Below, piece by piece: positions 48,414 through 56,924 of a DNA stretch of 64,000 nucleotides (position 1 is the stretch's first letter; each line of letters begins with the position of its first letter). The position numbers were made by a program, and so were the translations under genes. The DNA comes from Minisyncoccia bacterium (GTDB taxonomy: Bacteria > Patescibacteriota > Minisyncoccia > Phycocordibacterales > UBA918). The notes beneath the pieces are model-generated. The model did no database searches and was not told the origin of the DNA. It saw only the letters and a program-made list of their open reading frames with translations. The stretch is taken from positions 4,142 through 68,141 of the forward strand of contig JBGSYZ010000017.1 of the NCBI GenBank assembly GCA_041750655.1, written 5' to 3'.

Positions 48414-50678
48414 ATGCACCTTAAAGAGCTTACAATCAACGGCTTTAAATCTTTCGCTAAAAAAAGTGAGTTGGAATTTTCAGCGCAAGTGACTGGTATC
48501 GTGGGTCCAAACGGCTCAGGTAAGAGTAACGTAGCGGAAGCATTTCGGTTTGTACTCGGTGAACAATCAGTTAAATCAATGCGTGGTAAAAAAGGCGAAG
48601 ATCTGATATTTAGTGGTACCGATAAAGTTGCTAGAACCAACCGAGCCTCGGTATCGGTCATAATGGATAACACCAGCAAGACCTTTCCGGTCGATTTTGA
48701 TGAAGTGCAAATCGAGCGAACGGTTCACCGTGATGGTAGTAATGAGTATGCAATTAATGGTTCACGAGTACGTCTGAAGGATGTCCAAGAGCTACTGGCT
48801 TCAGCCAACATTGGCTCGACCGGTCACCACATTATTTCACAGGGTGAAGCAGACCGGATTCTAACTGCTTCGGCCAAAGAACGACGAGAAATGATTGAAG
48901 ATGCTCTTGGCCTTAAGATTTACCAATACAAAAAAGCCGAAAGTGAACGTAAGCTCGCTAAAACTGTCGAAAATATTGCTCAGGTAACTCTGCTACGAAA
49001 AGAAGCGGCTCCGCATTTAAATTTTCTTGAGCGACAAATCAAAAAAATTGAAAAATCTCTTGCGCTGCAAGAAGAATTAAAAAATGTTTACGCTGAGTAT
49101 TTAAAACGTGAAGATACGTACATTGCGTTTCATCATGATCGTCTAACCGCCGAACGCGAAACACCGGCGAAAACATTAGAAACAAAGAAGGCTGAGATTA
49201 CTGAGTTAAAATCCGCTCTCGATCGAGAGGAGACAAAAGATGAGCGGCGAGATGAACTCGTGGCTTTGGAAGGAGAAATTTCGAAACTCAGAAGTGACCG
49301 TCAGGAGTTACTGCGTAAAAGCGGTCAACTTGAAGGACAAGTCTCCTATATACAACGGCAAATTGAAGATAAACAAAATCGCACTGGAACCAAAGATATT
49401 TTAGTGCCGTACGAGAAGGTTGAGTCAGTGTTTGAAACCGTGGCTAATGATGCAGAGCAGGCATTAGCTAAAAACGATGAGTCAGTGGTGCGTCGCAGTC
49501 TGACAGATTTAGTGCATATTTTACGCAAGTTTGTCCACGATTTGTCAGAGGGGAATGTTGCTCCCGATACTGTATCTGAGGAAAAAGAGCTTACTGATTT
49601 ACAAAAGGAGAAAGAAAAAATCGATGCCGAACTAAGCACTTTTGATAGTAAAGAAGAAAAGTTACAGTCTGAATCAACTGAACTCAAGACGGCGCTAGAG
49701 GCGTCTTCAGTTGAGAGTCGAGAAGCCGAACGTCAGCTCTTTGCTGCCATGAATGAGGTTCGTGTCGCAGAAACTGAAATTAATCGTGTTGATCGAGAGC
49801 TAGACGCGCTCGAGCGTGATCGTGAAGAGTTTAAACGGGAACTTCAAGAGGCTGTAACTTTACTCGGTCGTGCTGCTTCTGAATACTACAATCGTATACT
49901 TGGTGGTGGTGACACTACTCTACCGGTAGAGGATATTGTCAGTGAAGACCGACAGAAACAACGTGATCGACGTCGTGAGTTGGAAAAGATGAAAATTCGT
50001 CTGGAAGAACTTGGCATTGGTGCGACTGAAGATGTTGAGAAAGAGTATAAAGATGCCAAAGAACGAGATGAATTTTTGGAAAAAGAAGTGGCAGACTTAG
50101 AGGCATCAGTCGAGAAGTTAGAAAGTTTGATTGCTGAGCTAACCGTTGAACTCAATGAGCAGTTCGGGGCCGGTATTGAAAAAATTGGCGTCGAGTTTAA
50201 AAAATTCTTTACCTTAATGTTTGGTGGTGGTGACGCTTCTCTTAAAAAAGTCACCCCAAAACCTCGAAAGAAAACTGATGAAGACGGGGAGGTGTTTGAT
50301 GAAGAGGAAGATGTACCGTTGGAAGAAGGGATTGAACTTGATGTACAACTACCGAATAAGCGAGTGCGTGGTCTGGATATGCTTTCGGGAGGTGAACGAG
50401 CCCTCACTTCGATTGCACTTATCTTCGCGATGAGTCAGGTGAATCCACCACCGTTTATTATCCTCGATGAAACCGATGCTGCTCTGGATGAAGCCAATAG
50501 TCGCCGGTATGGAGACATGATTACCGCGTTGTCTGAAAAAAGTCAGCTTATTCTGATCACTCATAACCGCGAAACTATGAGCCGAGCTGGTATTCTGTAT
50601 GGTGTTACCATGGGGGGCGATGGGGTCTCCAAGCTCTTGTCTGTTAAGTTTGATGAAGCGGTGGCGGTGGCTAAGTAG
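48414..50678 (+). CDS. smc: SMC-family chromosome-segregation ATPase, shortened (754 aa)
   Basis: The N-terminal Walker A is 'GIVGPNGSGKSNV'. A long coiled coil follows. The C-terminal signature is 'LSGGERALTSIALIFAM' with Walker B 'FIILDETDAALD'. Confidence 0.8.
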   Translation: MHLKELTINGFKSFAKKSELEFSAQVTGIVGPNGSGKSNVAEAFRFVLGEQSVKSMRGKKGEDLIFSGTDKVARTNRASVSVIMDNTSKTFPVDFDEVQIERTVHRDGSNEYAINGSRVRLKDVQELLASANIGSTGHHIISQGEADRILTASAKERREMIEDALGLKIYQYKKAESERKLAKTVENIAQVTLLRKEAAPHLNFLERQIKKIEKSLALQEELKNVYAEYLKREDTYIAFHHDRLTAERETPAKTLETKKAEITELKSALDREETKDERRDELVALEGEISKLRSDRQELLRKSGQLEGQVSYIQRQIEDKQNRTGTKDILVPYEKVESVFETVANDAEQALAKNDESVVRRSLTDLVHILRKFVHDLSEGNVAPDTVSEEKELTDLQKEKEKIDAELSTFDSKEEKLQSESTELKTALEASSVESREAERQLFAAMNEVRVAETEINRVDRELDALERDREEFKRELQEAVTLLGRAASEYYNRILGGGDTTLPVEDIVSEDRQKQRDRRRELEKMKIRLEELGIGATEDVEKEYKDAKERDEFLEKEVADLEASVEKLESLIAELTVELNEQFGAGIEKIGVEFKKFFTLMFGGGDASLKKVTPKPRKKTDEDGEVFDEEEDVPLEEGIELDVQLPNKRVRGLDMLSGGERALTSIALIFAMSQVNPPPFIILDETDAALDEANSRRYGDMITALSEKSQLILITHNRETMSRAGILYGVTMGGDGVSKLLSVKFDEAVAVAK

Positions 50679-50768
50679 CCAAAAATTTAACAACATGTGT
50701 GTTACACAACTTTTTTATAAACGTAATAGTTTATACTTTTAGAGGCAAGAACCAGAATTGGATTCCAA

Positions 50769-50948
50769 ATGTCAGATCAAGAAAAGCCACTGAAAGTTCC
50801 AGGCACTCACAGCTCCGAGTGTCTGTGTTCAGATTGCAGAGGGGCACGGGCTGCCCGCGAGGCGGCAGAGAGTCGTGCTCGACGTGAAGCTGTACTCAGT
50901 TTTTCTGCCGACCAATCGGTGTGGGCTAGAGATGGCTGGCGCAATTGA
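50769..50948 (+). CDS. Possible 59-aa Cys-containing small protein in a GC-rich segment. The ORF is below the 60-aa track cutoff and the call is speculative.
   Basis: 'MSDQEKPLKVPGTHSSECLCSDCRGARAAREAAESRARREAVLSFSADQSVWARDGWRN'. The SD is weak. A very strong terminator follows. Confidence 0.25.
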   Translation: MSDQEKPLKVPGTHSSECLCSDCRGARAAREAAESRARREAVLSFSADQSVWARDGWRN

Positions 50949-50956
50949 CAACAACA

Positions 50957-50992
50957 GGCCCGGTCCGCGAAAGCGGACCGGGCCTCATTTAA
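50957..50992 (+). terminator. Intrinsic terminator
   Basis: 'GGCCCGGTCCGCgaaaGCGGACCGGGCCTCATTT'. Confidence 0.75.
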
Positions 50993-51090
50993 TATTGACA
51001 AATAAATTTTTTAATTGATAATAGCGAGGAAAGCACCCCTCCACAATATGTTGTGAGGGTATAAATCTGACAAAAGAAAAGGAGTTAGTC

Positions 51091-51399
51091 TTGGCACGTA
51101 TTAACCAAGATCTTGACGAAAGCTCTGATCCTAGAGCTACGAAAATGGCTGACACACGAGCAGCAGTTCGTAAACTGATTGAGGATCAGTACGGACTAGT
51201 CTCTTGGGTCAAGGCACGTGATTTGGGTGCACAGTACTATATATGTGCGCAGACGGTTATAAAGTTTGCGACCGGAGAGACCCGAAAGCCTTCATCGTAC
51301 ACCATGTTTTGTATGGAGAAGTCAGTTGGATATGGTTTAGCAAGAGTTCCTCTTGATACTAAACTTCCGAAGGGAGCAAGTTGGCTAGAGTTTGGGTAA
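51091..51399 (+). CDS. Hypothetical protein (102 aa) with a TTG start. It is monocistronic and sits between two terminators.
   Basis: GGAG lies 6 nt upstream of TTG. Terminators are at 50957-50992 and 51412-51448. No family is recognised. Confidence 0.5.
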   Translation: MARINQDLDESSDPRATKMADTRAAVRKLIEDQYGLVSWVKARDLGAQYYICAQTVIKFATGETRKPSSYTMFCMEKSVGYGLARVPLDTKLPKGASWLEFG

Positions 51400-51411
51400 C
51401 TTTGTTATGGC

Positions 51412-51448
51412 AAAAGGGCCGCACGAATGTGCGGCCCTATTTTTATTT
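51412..51448. terminator. Bidirectional intrinsic terminator (convergent with rnr)
   Basis: 'AAAAGGGCCGCACgaatGTGCGGCCCTATTTTTATTT'. Confidence 0.8.
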
Positions 51449-53389
51449 CTTCACTACCTCAAAATCCAACCGTCGTTCCTCTAAATCAGCATTTACAAGT
51501 TTGACGCGTATCGGGTCACCGAGCCTAAAAGATTTTTTGGTTCGCTGGCCTTTAACCGAGTAGGTACTTGGTTCAAAGTCGTAGTAATCGCCAGAAAGGT
51601 TACTCATAGAGATGAGGCCTTCGGCTTTTGATTCTTTTTCTTCCACGAAGATACCAAACTTTGTGACGCCAGAAATAATAGCATCAAATTCCTGACCAAC
51701 TTTATCGAGCATGTATTCAACTTGTTTGAATTTAATAGAGTCACGTTCGGCCGAGACCGCTTCCATTTCTCGTTGTGAAGATTGCACAGCGAGCATTTCA
51801 TTTTTAGATGCTTCCTTGGCAGCAATCGGTGAACCATCGAGGTGACGGCGTAGTAATCGGTGAGCCATTAAGTCTGGATACCGACGGATTGGGGAAGTGA
51901 AATGAGTGTAGTGTTTGAAAGCTAGTCCAAAGTGGCCAATATTGTTGGTTGAGTAAATCGCTTTAGCCATCGAACGAATGGCTGAGGTTTTGATAAGGTT
52001 TTCTTCCGGCTTACCTTCTACAGAGGCCAAGAGCGCGTTGATATCCGCCGCTTTCACTACTCCTTGGGTGTTTTTTAAATCATACCCAAGGGCGTGCAAG
52101 AAAATTGACAGTTCGTCGATTTTTTCCGGATTCGGGATGTCGTGAATACGATAGATAAACGGCAGTTTTTTATGATTCTTGTTGGCGAGTTTGTAGATAT
52201 ATTCGGCGACCCGCATGTTAGCCAAGAGCATGTAGTCCTCAATCATGAGCATTGTTTCGGTACGATGTTTGGCGTAGACACGAATTGGTTTTTTGTTCTC
52301 ATCGAGTTCAAACTTTACTTCTGGTTGTTCAAAGGCAATGGCACCATTTTTGAATCGCTTCTTTCGAATCTTACGACCAATGGTCATCATAGTTTGTAAT
52401 TCTTCTAGATGAGGGCCGTTTTCAGTATCCAACACTTCCTGGGCCTCTTCATATGAAAAACGTTTGTCCGAGTGGATAATGGTCTGACCAAACCACTCAT
52501 TTTGGACGTGTCCGTCTTGATCTAATTCAAATACCGCTGAAAAAGACAGCCGGTCTTCGTTCGGGCGTAGGGAACAGAGGTCATTACTAAGTACCTCAGG
52601 CAGCATCGGGATTACTCGGTCTACCAAGTACACCGAAGTTCCTCGGGCTTGAGCCTCTTTATCGATAGCACTCCCTTCCCGGACATAATGTGATACATCA
52701 GCGATATGAATACCGACTTCGACATTTCCGTTGGGTAACGTTTGGAAAGATAGCGCGTCGTCGAAATCCTTCGCGTCGGCCGGGTCAATGGTCATAGTGG
52801 TGATACCCCGAAAATCTTTACGCTTGGGGTCAGCAATAGCGTCTTTGAAAATTTGTTCTTTGGTTTTATATAGTTCCTCAGCCGCTTGTTGAACTTGCGG
52901 AGGGAAGTCTGTACTAAAATTACCGCTACGTAAAATGGCTTGCATCTCGGTCTCGTGGTCACCAGCTTTACCGAGAGTTTCAATTATTTCTCCAATCGGG
53001 TTATCAGACTGAGGATTTTTCCAGGCCTTGATAGTAACCACCACTTTCATACCCAAATCAGCTTCAGTCGCTTCCGACAATACTGGACGAATATACATTC
53101 GTCGATTGTCGGGGGAAAGATATTTCAACAGCTTTCCGTCGATATCTTTTTCTTTCACTGTGCCGATGAACTCGGCATTGGCTGGTTTGAGGATTTGGGT
53201 CACCTTACCTTCAGGCTTTTCGCCGGGCTTGGTTTTAGTTACTTCCACTTCCACCATGTCACCATCCAATGCGAAGTTAAGCGCTTCGCGGGGAATGACT
53301 ATATCCATCTCCTGATTTGGCACTGCTAAAAAACCCGTACCTTTGCCACGGACCTGGATAATGCCGGAATGAATTGCATTTTTTTGCAT
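51443..53389 (-). CDS. rnr: Ribonuclease R (RNB family 3'-5' exoribonuclease with a C-terminal S1 domain)
   Basis: An N-terminal cold-shock/OB region is present. The RNB catalytic motif is 'DPADAKDFDDALS'. The S1 domain is 'GVTKFGIFVEE'. Confidence 0.85.
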   Translation of the reverse strand: MQKNAIHSGIIQVRGKGTGFLAVPNQEMDIVIPREALNFALDGDMVEVEVTKTKPGEKPEGKVTQILKPANAEFIGTVKEKDIDGKLLKYLSPDNRRMYIRPVLSEATEADLGMKVVVTIKAWKNPQSDNPIGEIIETLGKAGDHETEMQAILRSGNFSTDFPPQVQQAAEELYKTKEQIFKDAIADPKRKDFRGITTMTIDPADAKDFDDALSFQTLPNGNVEVGIHIADVSHYVREGSAIDKEAQARGTSVYLVDRVIPMLPEVLSNDLCSLRPNEDRLSFSAVFELDQDGHVQNEWFGQTIIHSDKRFSYEEAQEVLDTENGPHLEELQTMMTIGRKIRKKRFKNGAIAFEQPEVKFELDENKKPIRVYAKHRTETMLMIEDYMLLANMRVAEYIYKLANKNHKKLPFIYRIHDIPNPEKIDELSIFLHALGYDLKNTQGVVKAADINALLASVEGKPEENLIKTSAIRSMAKAIYSTNNIGHFGLAFKHYTHFTSPIRRYPDLMAHRLLRRHLDGSPIAAKEASKNEMLAVQSSQREMEAVSAERDSIKFKQVEYMLDKVGQEFDAIISGVTKFGIFVEEKESKAEGLISMSNLSGDYYDFEPSTYSVKGQRTKKSFRLGDPIRVKLVNADLEERRLDFEVVKK

Positions 53390-53504
53390 ACTGGTCGCCT
53401 GTACTCTAGCATGTGTGTAACTCGAGGGCTATAGCACTTACCCTTGTGTATACTGAGGTAAATAAGAGCTCTTTACATCGGTCGAGCTCTTTCTTAATTT
53501 CCTA

Positions 53505-53806
53505 ATTTCGAACAATCAGGCGGTCCAAATCGGGACTCTATCGGCAGAGGTAGTGAAAACTGCCACCAAAGCGGCGCAGACCGCACAAGGGCCGTCACCT
53601 TTCCTCCCTGGGGTGACGGCCTATAACTTTGTTTACAAAAATCAAAACTAGGTGTATTGTCGCTGTAGTGCCGTGCAGTGATCCAGCATGGTCAGGGCGG
53701 CCAGCCTGTTTGAGTTTCTGCTAGCGAGTGAGGCTCCCCCTCAGATGGCAAGTTTCACATGGGGCTGGCCGCCCGTCGATCCTTCGCCGCGTTTCGTACG
53801 CGGCTT
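53505..53806 (+). ncRNA. Candidate structured RNA or rpsP leader. It has several long GC stems and ends in a terminator about 45 nt before rpsP.
   Basis: 'GGCCGTCACCtttcctccctggGGTGACGGCC'. 'CAGGGCGGCCAGCC' pairs with 'GGCTGGCCGCCCG' around a hairpin 'TGAGGctcccCCTCA'. The terminal 'GCCGCGTTTCGTACGCGGCTTTTT' ends at 53806. No ORF is present. Confidence 0.35.
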
Positions 53807-53849
53807 TTTCCTTGCCTTACATACATTTATATAGTATTGTTGCGCGCGT

Positions 53850-54299
53850 ATGTTAATGATGAGATTACAACGAGTCGGCCGCAAAAACGATCCTAGTTAT
53901 CGTGTTGTTGTCGTCGATAAGCGAACTGGTCCGAAAAGCAACAAAAACATCGACATTCTTGGGTCATATAATCCAAAGATGGGTCAGGTGCAGATTAATG
54001 CTCTAAAGGCAACAGATTGGCTATCAAAGGGTGTGCAGCCTTCAGATACCGTGCACAATATTCTCGTCGCTCAAAAAGTGATAGAGGGCAAAAAAAGAAA
54101 CGCTCTCCCTAAAAAGTCACCGATTGTAGACGAAGAAGCTATTAAGAAAGCGGAAGAAGAGGCTAAAGCCAAAGAAGAAAAGGCCGCAGCTGACGCCGAA
54201 GCCGCGAAAGTCGCAGCTGAAGCTCCGACTGAAGAAGTGGCACCGGTCACTGAAGCTCCGTCTACAGATGAAGCTTCGGCAGCTGAGAAAGAAGCATAA
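53850..54299 (+). CDS. rpsP: Ribosomal protein S16 with an Ala/Glu/Lys-rich C-terminal extension
   Basis: 'MRLQRVGRKNDPSYRVVVVDKRTGPKS...ILGSYNP' matches S16. The 149-aa length compares with about 80 aa typically. Confidence 0.8.
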   Translation: MLMMRLQRVGRKNDPSYRVVVVDKRTGPKSNKNIDILGSYNPKMGQVQINALKATDWLSKGVQPSDTVHNILVAQKVIEGKKRNALPKKSPIVDEEAIKKAEEEAKAKEEKAAADAEAAKVAAEAPTEEVAPVTEAPSTDEASAAEKEA

Positions 54300-54511
54300 G
54301 GAGTGTAACGACTATATGCCCCTTTCGTTCCGAATCTGCTCCTTTCCTAGAGCAGATTCCTGGAACTTCCCAAAAAACATCAAGACAATATCTTGGTGTT
54401 TTTTGTTTGTAAGTCAGTTTACAACTGACTAAGTTTCTCGTACCATATATAGTAGTACGATACTGTTCACAGTTATCGGACGCTAATAACAGATAAGATC
54501 TCACTATTCCT

Positions 54512-54865
54512 ATGGAAACGCATGAAGACCAGCAGTTTTTGGAGACAGTTGTAAAAGCACTTGTCGACCATCCGGATGCAGTCAAAATTAACCGCACGGT
54601 AGACGAGATGGGCGTACTCCTAACCTTAGACGTACACGCTGAAGATATGGGTAAAATTATCGGTCGTAGTGGTAACACTGCTAAGGCGGTTCGAACCTTG
54701 CTACGGGTAGTTGGTATGAAGAATGATGCTCGCGTAAACCTAAAGATTAACGAACCAGAGGGTGGCCGCGGCCCAATGCCGAGAGAAGAAATGAATGCTG
54801 GGGTGGAGGATCAATCGAATGAACCAAAAGACCTAGATCAAGCCATCGACGACCTCAAGATATAG
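54512..54865 (+). CDS. KH-domain RNA-binding protein (YlqC/UPF0109-like), conserved partner of rpsP
   Basis: 'GKIIGRSGNTAKAVRTLL' is a KH GXXG motif. A terminator follows at 54933-54978. Confidence 0.75.
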   Translation: METHEDQQFLETVVKALVDHPDAVKINRTVDEMGVLLTLDVHAEDMGKIIGRSGNTAKAVRTLLRVVGMKNDARVNLKINEPEGGRGPMPREEMNAGVEDQSNEPKDLDQAIDDLKI

Positions 54866-55109
54866 ACTGGAAAATTTCTTTGTATAAGTTTATACAAATT
54901 TTGTTCGTATCACTTATTTGTCAGACTACGAAAAAAGACCCTCACTGGACTATTGTCCCACTCGGGTCTTTTTTTTCTTGTCTTTCGCGAACTTTCCTCA
55001 GTCTCTATCTTGAGGTTATGTAAACTCATCCAATTTAAGATTTTGAAATTAACTGTAATGAAAAAGCGCAAACCTTTGGTCCGCGCTTTCTCTATGCTAG
55101 TATTTCAAA

Positions 55110-55541
55110 ATGAAAAAAGGAGTTGATTTTACAGGAATAGTTGTTTGTAATCTCTGTCACGACGGTCAAGGAGAATATGTTCTTGGTTTCCGTAGTGATA
55201 AATGTCGAGATGAACATTTTACTTGGGAGCCGACCGGTTCAGGTGGTTTAAAATTTGGAGAAGAAATTGAATCTGCTGTTAAAAGAGAAGTCCTCGAAGA
55301 ACTCGGAACGGAAGCCCAAGCAATTGATTTTATTGGTGTTCATGAGGCTTTTAGAGAGGATGGTGGTCAAAAAACACATTGGCTTTATATTGTAAATAAG
55401 GTTCAGATTGATAAAAATGAAGTCAAGATAACTGAGCCAGATAAGTGTATTAAACTTGAGTGGTTTCAAGTTGAAAATTTTCCTCAACCGTTAATGTCAC
55501 AATTTCCGCCAATTTTAGAAAAATTTAAAGATAAACTCTAA
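55110..55541 (+). CDS. Nudix hydrolase
   Basis: The Nudix box is 'GGLKFGEEIESAVKREVLEELG'. Confidence 0.75.
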   Translation: MKKGVDFTGIVVCNLCHDGQGEYVLGFRSDKCRDEHFTWEPTGSGGLKFGEEIESAVKREVLEELGTEAQAIDFIGVHEAFREDGGQKTHWLYIVNKVQIDKNEVKITEPDKCIKLEWFQVENFPQPLMSQFPPILEKFKDKL

Positions 55542-56212
55542 TGAACTTCCACGTCATAACTTTATTCCCAGATGTTTGCCAAGCGTATACGGACGCGAGT
55601 GTGCTTGGTCGTGCTCAAAAGACTGATAAAGGGAAGGGAGCGAAGGTGCGGGGGAAGAAGATTTCCGTGCAGTACTACAATCCGCGCGATTTCTCTAAAA
55701 ATAAACACAAGAAAGTGGACGATCGTCCGTACGGTGGTGGGCCAGGCATGGTGATGACGGCTGAGCCGATCCTCAAAGCGTGGCAGAAGGCGATAGGACG
55801 GAAAGACCAGAAGAAAGTGAAGACGCTGATTATGTCGCCACGGGGGAAACATTTCACTAATAAGCTCGCCAAAGATTATGTTAAAAAATACGACCACCTA
55901 GTTCTTATCAGCGGTCGTTACGAAGGGATTGATCACCGAGTGAATAAAATATTGAAAGCAGAGGAGGTAAGTGTAGGGGATTATGTGTTAACCGGTGGCG
56001 AACTACCAGCATTAGCGATCATTGATGCGACAGCGAGACAAATACCCGGTGTGCTGGGCGCGATTGACTCACTTGAGGATGATAAAGATTATTCTGGTGA
56101 ATGTTACACTCGTCCAGAGGTTTTGGAATATAAAAAGAAGAAATACAAAGTTCCGCCTGTTTTTACTTCTGGTAACCATAAAGATATTGAAATGCGGCGT
56201 GGTAAGAAATAA
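55541..56212 (+). CDS. trmD: tRNA (guanine37-N1)-methyltransferase
   Basis: 'MNFHVITLFPD' and SPOUT motifs are present. A bidirectional hairpin follows at 56215-56241. Confidence 0.85.
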   Translation: MNFHVITLFPDVCQAYTDASVLGRAQKTDKGKGAKVRGKKISVQYYNPRDFSKNKHKKVDDRPYGGGPGMVMTAEPILKAWQKAIGRKDQKKVKTLIMSPRGKHFTNKLAKDYVKKYDHLVLISGRYEGIDHRVNKILKAEEVSVGDYVLTGGELPALAIIDATARQIPGVLGAIDSLEDDKDYSGECYTRPEVLEYKKKKYKVPPVFTSGNHKDIEMRRGKK

Positions 56213-56250
56213 TTAAGCCGGGCGCAATTTACGCCCGACTTCAAGGTTTG

Positions 56251-56607
56251 TCAGTACTTTGGTTTTGTTGACCAAGGGAAAATTAGTTCTGGTATATGCT
56301 TCTGTATATGTCCTTCAGGAAATACTTTGCTGAGCATTAGTTCAAGACCAGAATACGATTCTCCATCAGAACATAGGACAATATGGCCAACAGCCATGGG
56401 ATGAAGGCGTCGCCAAGCCAACATAGCTTTTTCAATTGAATCGAGATCATCAAGGTTAGTATAGTCCGTTTGACGCACCCCGTTCTCGTTGGCTGTTTTA
56501 AGTCTCCAACATTGACTTTCTTTGATTTTTCTAAGGCAGGTCAAGGGTAGGCCGTGGGGGACTTGGTCAATAATGACGTCGGTGGTGTATAGTGTCGGTA
56601 ACTCCAT
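56251..56607 (-). CDS. Hypothetical protein (118 aa)
   Basis: The ORF shares a terminator with trmD. No family is recognised. Confidence 0.4.
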   Translation of the reverse strand: MELPTLYTTDVIIDQVPHGLPLTCLRKIKESQCWRLKTANENGVRQTDYTNLDDLDSIEKAMLAWRRLHPMAVGHIVLCSDGESYSGLELMLSKVFPEGHIQKHIPELIFPWSTKPKY

Positions 56608-56683
56608 TATTCTTTTCTCCTAAAACAATCTGCAACTATATAACAATGAATACTTAAAAAAGTCAACAATCCCCGCCTAAAAT

Positions 56684-56711
56684 TTGCATATTTTGGTACA
56701 TACTGTATAAT
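56684..56711 (+). promoter_or_regulatory. Sigma70-like promoter for rpoBC with a roughly 210-nt leader
   Basis: TTGCAT, a 16-nt spacer, then TATAAT with TG immediately 5' of the -10. Confidence 0.5.
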
Positions 56712-56924
56712 CGCGCGCATACGAAAGTGCAATCTCGATTGAGTTTTGGTGGGGAGATTTTCATAAACGTTGTAAAATAAGGACAATATTTAGAGAGGTA
56801 TTGTTTTTTTATTCACGTCAGTGATGTTTTTAATAACCAAATAACAGGGCCAATACAGCGAAAATTAACGCCAATGCGGGATTTTTGTGTGCTGTGTTAT
56901 TTCTAATTGCTTGTAGTAACAACT

